64,000 bases of DNA from Dehalococcoidia bacterium. GTDB lineage: Bacteria > Chloroflexota > Dehalococcoidia > Lucifugimonadales > CAJWER01. The DNA lies in NCBI GenBank assembly GCA_965243655.1, contig CBDEVV010000017.1:2275902-2339901 (forward strand), written 5' to 3'. Position 1 is the first letter of the stretch. Every line of letters begins with the position of its first letter. Below the pieces are notes generated by a model that worked only from the letters and a program-made list of their open reading frames with translations, ran no database searches and was not told the DNA's origin. A program made the position numbers and the translations under genes. Shown one piece after another: positions 54,368 through 63,758 of the stretch.

Positions 54368-55705
54368 TCAGACTGGCTTGGCCTCCGCTGCGTCCGGCCT
54401 GGCGGCGCAGCCGTCGTTTCCCCGCTCCGCCCGCATTAGCTCCAGGAGGTCCCGCACGGCTTGTGGTCGTGTTGCGGCGAGGTCTGCCGTTTCGTAGGGG
54501 TCCGCGTCGATGTCGTATAGCTCCACGTCTTCGAAGCTGTCTTCTTCCTGTTCCCGCGCAATCAGCTTGAGTCCTCCTGAGAGTATGGCCATCTCATTGC
54601 CCCGGAAGCACCAGTATATGGTCCTGTCCTCCTGCCGGGAGCCGGAAGAGAAGCCGAGCAACTCCCTCGCGTCGATTCCGTCCCAATCGGGATCGTCGTC
54701 CGGCTCGCAATCCACCAGTCGGGTGAGGGTTGGCATCCAGTCTGAGATGTGCATGGGGGCGGCGACCCTGCCGGCATCCAGTGTGCCGGGCCAGCTCATG
54801 AGCGACGGGGTGCGGATGCCCCCTTCGTAGAGCTGAGCTTTCTTCCCGCGCAAGGGCAGGTTGCTGCCGAGCCGGGGCTCCGCTTCCTGGTAGCCGGGAT
54901 ACTGCTGGGCCTGCTCGATCGTGTTCCTGTCTAGGGCGCCGTTGTCTGATGTGAAGATGACGAGCGTGTTCGCCACCTGGTCGGTCCGGCGCAGGGACTC
55001 CATGAGACGGCCCACCGCATAGTCCATGTGACTGGCGTAGGCGGCATACTCCCTGAAGGATCGGTCCTTGCCCGGGTCGGCGTCGTACTCGCCATCTGAA
55101 TAGCGGTCGAGCCACTCCTGGGGCGCCTTCACGGGCACGTGGACGGCCGTAAACGGCACGTAGCAGAACCAGGGGTTGCTCCGCGACTCCATCCACTCAA
55201 CGGCCTCGTCTACTATCAGGTCGGTGACGTGCCCCCGCTCGTCGACGGGCTCTCCGTTCCGGTGCCAGGTGCGGGAATACGGGCCGCGCTTGTAGCGGTG
55301 GTTGTAGGGGTCCACTCCACCAGCGAGGCTTCCGTACGACCAGTCGAACCCGAACGCGTTCGGTCCATATGGCTGCGCGGAGCCAAGGTGCCACTTGCCG
55401 AACAGGCCGGTGTCGTAGCCCGCATTGCGCAGGGTGGATGCGAGGGTCTCGTAGCCGTCGGACAACACAGGGTGGTTGGACGGCACCGTTGCGTGGGGCC
55501 CGAACCGGCTCGGGTAACGCCCCGTAAGGAGCGCGGCCCGGGTGGGCGTGCACATCGGCTGGACGTAGTGACGGTCGAGCTCGACTCCCGTCTCGACCAG
55601 CCTGTCGACATTGGGCGTGCGTATGAGCGAGCCGTGGTAGCTCACGTCCCCCCAGCCCAGGTCGTCGGCCAGGATGAACAGGATGTTGGGCTTGTGTGCG
55701 CTCAC
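54368..55705 (-). CDS. Arylsulfatase (type I sulfatase, formylglycine-dependent)
   Basis: PNILFILADDLGWGD and CTPTRAALLTGR (C-x-P-x-R FGly motif). No signal peptide. GTG start. Confidence 0.9.
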   Translation of the reverse strand: MSAHKPNILFILADDLGWGDVSYHGSLIRTPNVDRLVETGVELDRHYVQPMCTPTRAALLTGRYPSRFGPHATVPSNHPVLSDGYETLASTLRNAGYDTGLFGKWHLGSAQPYGPNAFGFDWSYGSLAGGVDPYNHRYKRGPYSRTWHRNGEPVDERGHVTDLIVDEAVEWMESRSNPWFCYVPFTAVHVPVKAPQEWLDRYSDGEYDADPGKDRSFREYAAYASHMDYAVGRLMESLRRTDQVANTLVIFTSDNGALDRNTIEQAQQYPGYQEAEPRLGSNLPLRGKKAQLYEGGIRTPSLMSWPGTLDAGRVAAPMHISDWMPTLTRLVDCEPDDDPDWDGIDARELLGFSSGSRQEDRTIYWCFRGNEMAILSGGLKLIAREQEEDSFEDVELYDIDADPYETADLAATRPQAVRDLLELMRAERGNDGCAARPDAAEAKPV

Positions 55706-55834
55706 GGCGCCCGCGCCTCCAATGCGGTGTCACTAGAGCATAAATGGACTGATGCGCAGGAGCAATTGGGGCGTTTGCCAGGAGCCTCATGCCGCACGTG
55801 AGGAAGTATCGGGTCCGGGCCAGGGCAGATTCGC

Positions 55835-55863
55835 TTGTGCTATTTGAAGGGGCCGCGCTACAA
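55835..55863 (+). promoter_or_regulatory. Candidate promoter for rplU-rpmA-rpmE (TTGTGC, 17-nt spacer, TACAAT)
   Basis: Hexamers read directly, 20 nt upstream of the rplU ATG at 55883. That leaves a short leader, so the call is tentative. Confidence 0.3.
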
Positions 55864-55882
55864 TGGACGGCAGGGTGAAGCA

Positions 55883-56233
55883 ATGTCAACTTACGCGGTA
55901 GTGGAGACGGGCGGCAAGCAGTACAGGGTGGCCGAGGGCGACACGATCCGTGTCGAGTCTCTCGACGAGTCCGATGGCGGGCAGGTCGAGATTGGCGACG
56001 TGAGGATGGTCTCGCTCGAAGGAGAGGTGGTGCTGGGCTCGCCCACGGTAGAGGGCGCCAGCGTGACCGCCGAGGTCTTGGGGCACGGCAGGGACAAGAA
56101 GGTCGTCGTGTTCAAGTACAAGCCCAAGGTGCGGTACCGCCGCCGGACGGGACACAGGCAGCATTACACCGACCTGAAGGTGACCGGCATCTCATACGCC
56201 GGCGCCGGGGAGCAGGACAACGATGGCTCATAA
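55883..56233 (+). CDS. rplU: 50S ribosomal protein L21
   Basis: [16 protein letters not shown]...[24 protein letters not shown] trimmed the start to the ATG at 55883. Confidence 0.95.
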   Translation: MSTYAVVETGGKQYRVAEGDTIRVESLDESDGGQVEIGDVRMVSLEGEVVLGSPTVEGASVTAEVLGHGRDKKVVVFKYKPKVRYRRRTGHRQHYTDLKVTGISYAGAGEQDNDGS

Positions 56234-56492
56234 GAAAGGCGGCGGAAGCACCAGGAACGGCCGGGACAGCAAGGGGCAGCGCCTCGGTGTGAAGCGCTAC
56301 GCAAACGAATACGTTACCGCCGGGTCCATAATCGTGCGGCAGCGCGGCACACGCATTTTGCCGGGCACCAACGTCGGGCTGGGCAGGGACCACACGCTGT
56401 TCGCTCTCGTTGACGGCACGGTTAGCTTCGAGCACCAGACGCGCGACAAGAAGAGGGCGAGCGTCTACCCCCTGGAGGAGGCGCTGAATTGA
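56223..56492 (+). CDS. rpmA: 50S ribosomal protein L27
   Basis: [26 protein letters not shown]...[10 protein letters not shown]. Confidence 0.97.
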   Translation: MAHKKGGGSTRNGRDSKGQRLGVKRYANEYVTAGSIIVRQRGTRILPGTNVGLGRDHTLFALVDGTVSFEHQTRDKKRASVYPLEEALN

Positions 56493-56692
56493 AGACTGAT
56501 ATCCATCCGGCCTACTACCCGGAAGCCGTGGTGAGGTGCTCGTGCGGGGCTTCGTACACGACCGGCTCGACCAAGAAAGAGTTGCGGATCGAGATCTGCA
56601 ACCAGTGCCACCCGTTCTACACGGGTGAGCAGAGAATCGTCGACACTGAGGGCAGGGTAGAACGGCTGAAGCGCCGCTTCAACCTCCAGTAG
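56489..56692 (+). CDS. rpmE: 50S ribosomal protein L31 (zinc-binding type A)
   Basis: (M)KTDIHPAYY...CSCG...[24 protein letters not shown]. The TTG start overlaps the rpmA stop. Confidence 0.95.
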   Translation: MKTDIHPAYYPEAVVRCSCGASYTTGSTKKELRIEICNQCHPFYTGEQRIVDTEGRVERLKRRFNLQ

Positions 56693-56717
56693 CCCGAAGC
56701 GCGACGATGATCCAGCC

Positions 56718-56746
56718 AAAGGGGTGAGAAATCTCACCCCTTTTTG
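56718..56746 (+). terminator. Rho-independent terminator after rpmE
   Basis: AAA GGGGTGAG-aaat-CTCACCCC TTTTT. Perfect 8-bp GC-rich stem, tetraloop and T-run. Confidence 0.75.
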
Positions 56747-56760
56747 CTACCACGAACACG

Positions 56761-57651
56761 ATGGCATCCAGCACACCTACATACGGGGGACAGGCGGTAA
56801 TCGAGGGCGTCATGATCCGCGGACAGCGCCATGCGAGCATCGCCGTCCGCAGGCCAGATGGGACGCTCGCCATGAAGTGCGAGCCGCTCGGCCAGCTATA
56901 TACAGGCCGGCTGCGAAGGGTGCCGGTGCTGCGCGGCGTGCTGGTGCTGGCCGAGACCCTGACCCTTGGGATGCGCGCCCTGATGTACTCCGCCAACGTC
57001 GGCGCGGAAGCCGAGGGCCAGGAGATCGGTAAGGGCCAGATGGCGGCTACACTAACCTTCTCGATGGTGTTCGCGATCGGGATTTTTTTCCTCTTGCCGG
57101 TGGTAGCTAGCCGCTTGGTTGAGGGGCCGCTGGGCTCCGACCTGCTCAGCAACCTCGTGGAGGGGCTGATACGCCTGGGCCTGTTCGTCGGGTACATAGT
57201 GCTCATTGGACGGATGGACGAAATCAGGCGCGTCTTCATGTATCACGGCGCCGAGCACATGACGGTCCACGCGCAGGAGAACGGCGATCCGTTGGACACT
57301 GAGTCGATAAGGCAGTACCCGACCGCTCATCCCAGGTGCGGCACGGCCTTCCTGCTGACGGTGATGGTCGTGGCGATCGCGCTCTTTACTTTTGTTGGGA
57401 GGGAGCCGATGTGGTGGCTGCTACTCTCCCGCATCGTGCTTGTTCCGGTCGTCGCCGCGGTAAGCTATGAGCTAATCCGGTTCAGCGGCTTCCACTCCTC
57501 CAACCCCCTGGTCAAGCTCATCACGATTCCCAACATCGCGCTCCAGGGCCTTACGACCCGCCAGCCGGACGACGACCAGATCGAGGTGGCAGTCGCCGCT
57601 ATGGAGCAGGCCATCGAAGCAGACCAGGGCAGGGTGGAAGCCCCGGCATGA
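56761..57651 (+). CDS. DUF1385-family membrane protein (usual neighbour of rpmE/prfA)
   Basis: YGGQAVIEGVMIRG...HGAEH...HPRCGT motifs. Confidence 0.85.
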   Translation: MASSTPTYGGQAVIEGVMIRGQRHASIAVRRPDGTLAMKCEPLGQLYTGRLRRVPVLRGVLVLAETLTLGMRALMYSANVGAEAEGQEIGKGQMAATLTFSMVFAIGIFFLLPVVASRLVEGPLGSDLLSNLVEGLIRLGLFVGYIVLIGRMDEIRRVFMYHGAEHMTVHAQENGDPLDTESIRQYPTAHPRCGTAFLLTVMVVAIALFTFVGREPMWWLLLSRIVLVPVVAAVSYELIRFSGFHSSNPLVKLITIPNIALQGLTTRQPDDDQIEVAVAAMEQAIEADQGRVEAPA

Positions 57652-57682
57652 TGCTCTGCCGCCCGGCCACGGAGGCCTTCGC

Positions 57683-58714
57683 GTGAATGGAATAGACCTC
57701 AGGAGCGACACGGTAACGGAGCCGACGCCCGAGATGAGGCGTGCCATGTACGAGGCCGAGGTCGGCGACGACGGCCTCGAGGGCGATCCCACGACACAGC
57801 GGCTACAGGAGCTCGCGGCCGAACGGGTTGGGATGGAGGCGGGCCTCTTCGTGTCCAGCGGCTCTATGGGCAATCTCGTGGCGGCGCTTTCCCACGTTGG
57901 CCCGGGCGACGCGATGCTCATTGGCCGGAGGTCGCATATGTCGTGGAGCGTCGACCAGGCCCACGGGCACCAGACCTACGGGCAGGTCGCCGTGCGCATG
58001 ACAGACGAACGGGACGGGATGCTCCCCCTCGAAGACGTGGAGCTGGCCCTGAAGGACGAGGCCGAGTCCGGCGGAAGCATGAGCCTCGTGTGCATCGAGA
58101 ACACCCACAACGCCACCAACGGGATGCCACTGGATCTTTCGTATACCGAGGCGGTATCCGAGACGGCGAAGCGCCACGGCGCGGCGCTCCACGTCGACGG
58201 GGCGAGGCTGTTCAATGCGGCAGAGGCGCTCGATGTCCCCGCCTCGCGGGTGGTGGAGTCCGCCGACTCTGTGTCATTCTGCCTGTCTAAGGGCCTGGCC
58301 TGTCCGATTGGCTCGATACTGTGCGGCAGTGAGAAGTTCATCGAAGAGGCCCGGAAACAACGGAAGATCGTGGGCGGGGAGATGCGCCAGACCGGCATGA
58401 TGGCCGCCGCCGGCATCGTAGCCCTAGAGTCGATGATCGACCGGCTGGCTGAAGACCACGCAAACGCGAACCGCCTTGCCGAGGGACTGGCGAACATCGA
58501 CGGTGTTGGCGTGGACCCGAAGAGTGTCAGGACGAACATCGTCTTCTTCGACACACTCGACAGGCCGGTCGACGACGTCGTGAGCGCACTGGGCGACAGG
58601 GACGTGCACTGCTTCAACATCGACGGGCGCATCCGCATGGTGACTCACTACGAGATCTCGGGCGAGGACGTGGACACCGCCTTGGGCGCGGTGAAACAGG
58701 TGATGGAGAGCTGA
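57683..58714 (+). CDS. ltaE: Low-specificity L-threonine aldolase
   Basis: DLRSDTVTEPTPEMRRAM...GDD..GDPT...SGSMGNL...SFCLSKGL (PLP lysine context). Confidence 0.88.
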   Translation: MNGIDLRSDTVTEPTPEMRRAMYEAEVGDDGLEGDPTTQRLQELAAERVGMEAGLFVSSGSMGNLVAALSHVGPGDAMLIGRRSHMSWSVDQAHGHQTYGQVAVRMTDERDGMLPLEDVELALKDEAESGGSMSLVCIENTHNATNGMPLDLSYTEAVSETAKRHGAALHVDGARLFNAAEALDVPASRVVESADSVSFCLSKGLACPIGSILCGSEKFIEEARKQRKIVGGEMRQTGMMAAAGIVALESMIDRLAEDHANANRLAEGLANIDGVGVDPKSVRTNIVFFDTLDRPVDDVVSALGDRDVHCFNIDGRIRMVTHYEISGEDVDTALGAVKQVMES

Positions 58715-58715
58715 C

Positions 58716-59900
58716 ATGAGTGACCCGAGGGCGGTGATACTCGGCAGCGCCAGGACCCCGATTGGCAAGATGAACGGAGCGCTGTCCGGCGTACCGGCGA
58801 CTGAGCTTGGGACAGCGGCGATCCAGGCCGCCGTCGAAAGGGCCTCGATAGAACCCGGCGACGTCGACTACACGATCATGGGCAATGTGCTGTCCGCCGG
58901 GCTGGGCCAGGCCCCAGCGCGGCAGGCGGCAATCGGCGCAGGAATACCGGATAGCTCGTCGGCGCTCACGGTTAACAAGGTGTGCGCGTCCGGCATGATG
59001 GCGGTCGTCCTGGCGGGGATGATTGTCCGGTCGGGCGATGCGGACATTGTCGTCGCCGGCGGGATGGAGAATATGAGCCTTGCACCCCACATCCTGGAGG
59101 GGAGCAGGTCGGGCCGCCGTCTCGGCGACTGGAAGATGGCGGATTCTCTGATACACGACGGCCTGACGTGTTCTTTCAACGACACTCATATGGGCACGCT
59201 CGCCGAGGGCACCGCGACCGAATTCGAGGCCACTCGCGAAGAGCAGGACGAGTTCGCCGTCAGGAGCAATCGCAGGGCCGCGGCCGCAGCTACGGATGGC
59301 AGCTTCGCGGAGGAGATTACCCCAGTAGTGGCCAACGGGCGGAGGAGTCGCACGACCGTCGAGATCGACGAGGGCCCGCGACCGGACACCACAATGGAAG
59401 GACTGGCAGAGCTGCCGGCACCCTTCTACCCGCACACGTCGGTGACATCCGGCAATGCCTCCCAGATTTCGGATGGGGCAGCCGCCATCGTGATAGCCAG
59501 TGAGAGCGCGGCCCGGTCGATGGGCCTGAAGCCCGTCGCGGCAATCGAGGACCACAAGTTCGTGGCAAACGAGCCTGCGAGGCTATTCGAGGCCCCCGCC
59601 GAGGCGATTCGGCAGCTCTTGGAGCGGGCAGCCATGGGCATAGACGACGTGGACCTGTTCGAGGTGAACGAGGCGTTCTCGGCGCAGGTCGTCGCCAACG
59701 GCAAGGCTCTGGACTGGGACTGGGACAAGGTCAACGTCAACGGCGGCGCCGTGGCGCTGGGCCATCCCATCGGCGCGAGCGGCGCCCGCATACTGGTGAC
59801 CCTGCTCCATGCCCTGGAGCGACGCGCTCTCGAGTCGGGCGTGGCGGCCGTATGCCACGGCGGCGGCGGCGCAGTCGGCATGAGGCTGACGAGGGCGTAG
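58716..59900 (+). CDS. Acetyl-CoA C-acetyltransferase (thiolase II)
   Basis: ARTPIGK, NKVCASGMMAV (active Cys), NVNGGAVALGHPIGASGARI and CHGGGGA. Confidence 0.93.
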   Translation: MSDPRAVILGSARTPIGKMNGALSGVPATELGTAAIQAAVERASIEPGDVDYTIMGNVLSAGLGQAPARQAAIGAGIPDSSSALTVNKVCASGMMAVVLAGMIVRSGDADIVVAGGMENMSLAPHILEGSRSGRRLGDWKMADSLIHDGLTCSFNDTHMGTLAEGTATEFEATREEQDEFAVRSNRRAAAAATDGSFAEEITPVVANGRRSRTTVEIDEGPRPDTTMEGLAELPAPFYPHTSVTSGNASQISDGAAAIVIASESAARSMGLKPVAAIEDHKFVANEPARLFEAPAEAIRQLLERAAMGIDDVDLFEVNEAFSAQVVANGKALDWDWDKVNVNGGAVALGHPIGASGARILVTLLHALERRALESGVAAVCHGGGGAVGMRLTRA

Positions 59901-60100
59901 GTCTACTCATGGATGAGACCCGGTAGAATCCGAAGGAGCCTGCCACGACCCAGGAGCGACTGGATGATCTGAAACGGCGTGGGGTGATAGTGAGCTCTGG
60001 CGAACCGAGGAGACCACTTGCTCCGGTCGCGAAGCGGCCTGGTGCCCTAGAGCGCTTCCCAATAGAGCGGGACTAGCGAGCTCTAGCTAGAACCGCACGC

Positions 60101-60129
60101 TGGCAAGGTCTCCTAGCGTCTGATATACT
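60101..60129 (+). promoter_or_regulatory. Candidate promoter for the TPP riboswitch transcript (TGGCAA, 17-nt spacer, TGaTATACT)
   Basis: An extended -10 identical to the one upstream of prs. It ends about 15 nt before the riboswitch. Confidence 0.35.
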
Positions 60130-60144
60130 CCCGCGCAGCAAGAC

Positions 60145-60242
60145 ATAGACTCTGGGGGAGCTTGGATATTCCAGGCTGAGAGGTCCCGATGTGCGGGACG
60201 ACCCCTCGACCTGATCTGGGTAATGCCAGCGAAGGGAAGACG
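60145..60242 (+). promoter_or_regulatory. TPP (THI-box) riboswitch
   Basis: CTGGGGGAGC...GGCTGAGAG...ACCCCTCGACCTGATCTGGGTAATGCCAGCGAAGGGAAG. The 3' half is almost identical to the canonical ACCUGAUCUGGAUAAUGCCAGCGUAGGGAAG of thiM-type aptamers, and the CUGAGA pyrimidine-sensing helix motif is present. Confidence 0.9.
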
Positions 60243-60260
60243 CGCACAGGCGCATTCGCA

Positions 60261-60293
60261 GGCCACCCGCAACTCGGGTGGCCTTTTGTTTTG
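60261..60293 (+). terminator. Riboswitch expression-platform terminator
   Basis: GGCCACCCG-caact-CGGGTGGCC followed by TTTTGTTTT. It lies between the aptamer and the symporter start codon. Confidence 0.75.
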
Positions 60294-60316
60294 CGCGACA
60301 CGCAGGGGGTTCAGCG

Positions 60317-61789
60317 ATGATTGACAGCGTATTGGCAGCGTTGATTGCTCTGGGTACTGCAGCGGTATTCGTGGCTGCTGGCGTGATGTATGTCCGTAGG
60401 CGGGCCCTGAGCGTCGAAGACTACCTGGTGTCGCGCAACACGGCGGGGCTCGGCCTTGCCACCGCAACTCTGGTCGCCTCCGGCATGGGGGCGTGGATAC
60501 TCTTCACCCCTGCCGAGACCGGCACGTGGGCGGGCATGGCAGGAGTCGTCGGATACGCCATAGGCGCAGCAGCCCCGTTCGTAGCATTCATCCTGCTCGG
60601 GCCGCGCATGCGGCAGCTCATGCCTGAGGGCCACTCGCTGACGGAGTATGTGTGGCACAGGTTCGGGCCCGTCATGTACGTGTTCATCCTGTGCGTCGTC
60701 GTCTTCTACATGCTCGTGTTCCTGTCCGCGGAGCTTACGGGCATATCGCTCGCCTTCGACCTGATTGCGGACACCCAGCTGGGGGTGACGGCCTTGATAG
60801 TGGGCCTGCTGACGGTGGCCTACACGGCCTACGGGGGCATGAGGGCCTCGCTGTTCACTGACAGGGTCCAGTTCTACGTGATCATTCCTCTGCTGCTGTT
60901 GGTCCTGGCAGCCGCCGCGTCCGCACTGAACGGGTTTGGGGACGCATTCAGCGCGGTGTCCAAGGACAACCCCAAGCTCCTGTCGGCATCATACAGGGGC
61001 GGCATCGAGTTCGGGATTACCCTCATAATCGCGGTCCTGGCCGCCAACATGTTTCACCAGGGCTACTGGCAGCGGGTGTACGCCGTGCGTGACGACACCA
61101 CCCTGCGCCGCAGCTTCCTCATAGCCGGCCTCGTGAGCATCCCACTGGTGATCGTGACGGGAATCTTTGGGGTCCTGGCGGTCGGCAGGGGAGCGTCAGA
61201 GGCCCACGATTCCGTCGCGATGTTCTCCCTGATAGTGGATGCGATGCCCGCTTGGTCAGCCGTCGTCGTTCTGCTGCTGGCCCTGATGCTGGTGATGAGC
61301 AGCATGGACACGCTCCTGAACGGCATAGCCAGCACCATTACGAGCGACCTGGCGCGCTACAGGCCGGACCTGGCGGGGGGCTCGTTGCTTCGGTCGTCCA
61401 GGGTCATTACGGCCGTGCTGATCATACCGGCCATAATCGTGGCATCACAGGGATGGAGCGTACTGTACCTGTTCCTCATAGCGGACTTGGTGTGCGCGGC
61501 CGTGCTCTTCCCTGTCTTCTTCGGCATGTACACAAGAAGCTTCAGCGCGTTGGACGCGTTGATCAGCAGCGTCGTGGGGCTCGTAGTCGGAGCTCTGCTG
61601 TTCCCGCTGCCCGACTTCAGCGCGTGGAACTCGCTGCCGCTGTCTGGGAGCACTCTCTACAGCTTCGGGGCCGCCCTCGGAGTCTCGACGGTGCTCAGCC
61701 TCGTGCTCAATTACGTCTCGGCAAACAGGAGAACTGAGGAGTACGACTTCTCCCGTCTCGCCCAGCAGGTCAAGCTGATTGCCGATTGA
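60317..61789 (+). CDS. thiV: Sodium:solute symporter family transporter, ThiV-like (putative thiamine-pyrimidine/HMP importer)
   Basis: About 13 hydrophobic segments with an SSS-family layout. It is under the TPP riboswitch and is followed by thiD. I chose the ATG at 60317 (RBS AGGGGG) because the track start at 60278 lies inside the terminator stem. Confidence 0.65.
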   Translation: MIDSVLAALIALGTAAVFVAAGVMYVRRRALSVEDYLVSRNTAGLGLATATLVASGMGAWILFTPAETGTWAGMAGVVGYAIGAAAPFVAFILLGPRMRQLMPEGHSLTEYVWHRFGPVMYVFILCVVVFYMLVFLSAELTGISLAFDLIADTQLGVTALIVGLLTVAYTAYGGMRASLFTDRVQFYVIIPLLLLVLAAAASALNGFGDAFSAVSKDNPKLLSASYRGGIEFGITLIIAVLAANMFHQGYWQRVYAVRDDTTLRRSFLIAGLVSIPLVIVTGIFGVLAVGRGASEAHDSVAMFSLIVDAMPAWSAVVVLLLALMLVMSSMDTLLNGIASTITSDLARYRPDLAGGSLLRSSRVITAVLIIPAIIVASQGWSVLYLFLIADLVCAAVLFPVFFGMYTRSFSALDALISSVVGLVVGALLFPLPDFSAWNSLPLSGSTLYSFGAALGVSTVLSLVLNYVSANRRTEEYDFSRLAQQVKLIAD

Positions 61790-61994
61790 TGTATCATCTA
61801 CCGCCAGAGCGATGGATGAGACCAAGGGCGAGAGGCGAGAGAGAAAGCGGCGCAAGAAGCGGGAGATGCGAGTCGTCGGCCGCAGCGTCCGCGTGCTACA
61901 GGACATCATTCGTCGCCGGGCGAGGGAAGCCGATGGCAGGGATGAGCGGCGTGCTCAGCAATAGCGGAATTGTACTAAGCGCACTCGAGGAAGC

Positions 61995-62789
61995 ATGACT
62001 CCAGTTCCACGTGCGATGACCATTGCGGGTTCCGACTCGGGCGGTGGAGCCGGAATCCAGGCCGACCTGAAGACCTTCGCCGCGAATGGGGTGTACGGTA
62101 CCTCGGTCCTGACGGCAATCACAGCCCAGAATACCGAGGGCGTGACCGATGTGCTGGAGCTGCCGGTGAGCCTCGTGGAGTCCCAGATGAAGGCTGTCAT
62201 GTCGGACATAGGCGCCGACGCCGTCAAGACGGGGATGCTGTCGAACTCTGACATCATAGAAGCAGTGGCCAGGAGAATGGGCGGGGCCGGCATCGGCAAG
62301 CTCGTCGTCGACCCTGTGATGGTCGCGAAGGGCGGGGACCGGCTGCTGCGCGAGGACGCCGTCGACGCTCTCCGGACTCTTCTCGTCCCCCTTGCCAGCC
62401 TGGTGACGCCGAACATCCCCGAGGCGGAGGTCCTGACCGGGCGCGCCATCGGTGACGTGGACGGTGCGCGAGAGGCGGCGAGGGACATCGTTGCCATGGG
62501 CGCTGATGCCGTAGTCGTAAAGGGCGGACACCTGGACGGCCCGGCATCGGACATCTACTATGACGGCGACGAAATGAAGGTGCTGACCGCTCCCCGGATC
62601 ACGACGACGAGCACCCACGGCACGGGGTGCACATTCGCATCTGCCATAGCGGCGGGTCTGGCCAAGGGCATGGGAGTGCGCGAGGCTGTGACCGAGGCCA
62701 AGCGGTATGTCACGGAGGCGATCAGGCACGCGGCCCCAATCGGACGGGGTTACGGCCCCCTCAACCATTTCCCCAGCATGTCGGACTGA
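61995..62789 (+). CDS. thiD: Hydroxymethylpyrimidine/phosphomethylpyrimidine kinase
   Basis: AMTIAGSDSGGGAGIQADLKTF...VKTGML...DPVMVAKGG...TPNIPEAE...VVVKGGH...THGTGCTF. Confidence 0.93.
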   Translation: MTPVPRAMTIAGSDSGGGAGIQADLKTFAANGVYGTSVLTAITAQNTEGVTDVLELPVSLVESQMKAVMSDIGADAVKTGMLSNSDIIEAVARRMGGAGIGKLVVDPVMVAKGGDRLLREDAVDALRTLLVPLASLVTPNIPEAEVLTGRAIGDVDGAREAARDIVAMGADAVVVKGGHLDGPASDIYYDGDEMKVLTAPRITTTSTHGTGCTFASAIAAGLAKGMGVREAVTEAKRYVTEAIRHAAPIGRGYGPLNHFPSMSD

Positions 62790-62804
62790 CCTGGAGCGAT
62801 TCGA

Positions 62805-63758
62805 GTGGCGCTATTCCTGACTGAACGGGACGTCGACGGCCTGCTGACGCTGGATGCCGCGATCCAAGTGCTCGAAGAAGGGTTCAGGCACCAGGCGGCC
62901 GGCACTGCTTCGAATAGCCCAAGACGGCGCATCCGGATGGGCGGCGGCATGCTCCACTTCATGGCTGCCGCAGACAGGTCGATCGGCGTCACGGGGATGA
63001 AGTGGTACGGCGGCTTCGGTTCGGCAGGCACTCGTTTCCACGTCCAGCTTAGCGACTCCGAGACGGGAGAGCTGCTTGCGGTGATGGAGGCGGGCAGGCT
63101 GGGCCAGGTACGTACGGGAGCCGCCAGCGGCGTCGCCACGAAGTACATGGCGCGACCCGACGCGCGAACCGTGGGGGTTATCGGGTCGGGCTACCAGGCG
63201 GAGACGCAGCTGGAAGCGATATGCCGGGTGCGCCCGGTCGAGCGGGTCCGGGTGTTCAGCAGGACCCCGGAGCGACGCGAGGCCTTCGCAGCCAGGATGG
63301 CGGCGAACCTCGGCATCGACGTGACGGCAGCAGAGTCAGCGGAAGCCTGCGTAGAGGGCGCGGACGTCGTTGCGGTCATCACTTCCGCCAGTTCGCCAGT
63401 GCTGGAGGGCGAGAGGCTCGCCGATGGAGCGCACGTCAATGCGGCGGGTGTGAACCACTGGCTTCGCCGGGAGCTCGACGGCAGGGCGGTCGCCCGTGCG
63501 AGCGTGATCGTCGCAGACGACGTGGAGCAGGCCCGGATTGAGTGCGCGGACCTGATCCATCCCGTCGAGCGAGGGGAGCTGACCTGGCAGAGGGTGCGTG
63601 AACTGTGGGAGGTTGTGTCGGGGACGGTCGCCGGGCGCAATTCTCCGGACGAGATCACCCTGTTCGAGTCCCAGGGCATCGCACTGGAGGATATAGCTGC
63701 CGGGTACCACGTATACCAGCTCGCACGGGAGCGAGGGGTCGGGACGGAAGTACCATGA
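62805..63758 (+). CDS. Ornithine cyclodeaminase / mu-crystallin family protein
   Basis: VGVIGSGYQAETQLEA Rossmann motif with overall family layout. GTG start. Confidence 0.85.
   Translation: MALFLTERDVDGLLTLDAAIQVLEEGFRHQAAGTASNSPRRRIRMGGGMLHFMAAADRSIGVTGMKWYGGFGSAGTRFHVQLSDSETGELLAVMEAGRLGQVRTGAASGVATKYMARPDARTVGVIGSGYQAETQLEAICRVRPVERVRVFSRTPERREAFAARMAANLGIDVTAAESAEACVEGADVVAVITSASSPVLEGERLADGAHVNAAGVNHWLRRELDGRAVARASVIVADDVEQARIECADLIHPVERGELTWQRVRELWEVVSGTVAGRNSPDEITLFESQGIALEDIAAGYHVYQLARERGVGTEVP

Noticed and set aside
59901-59930. Possible terminator hairpin after the thiolase gene (GGTCTACTCATGGATGAGACC)
   Set aside because: The best pairing leaves a 2-nt loop and a bulge, and there is no U-run. 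It is not convincing as an intrinsic terminator.
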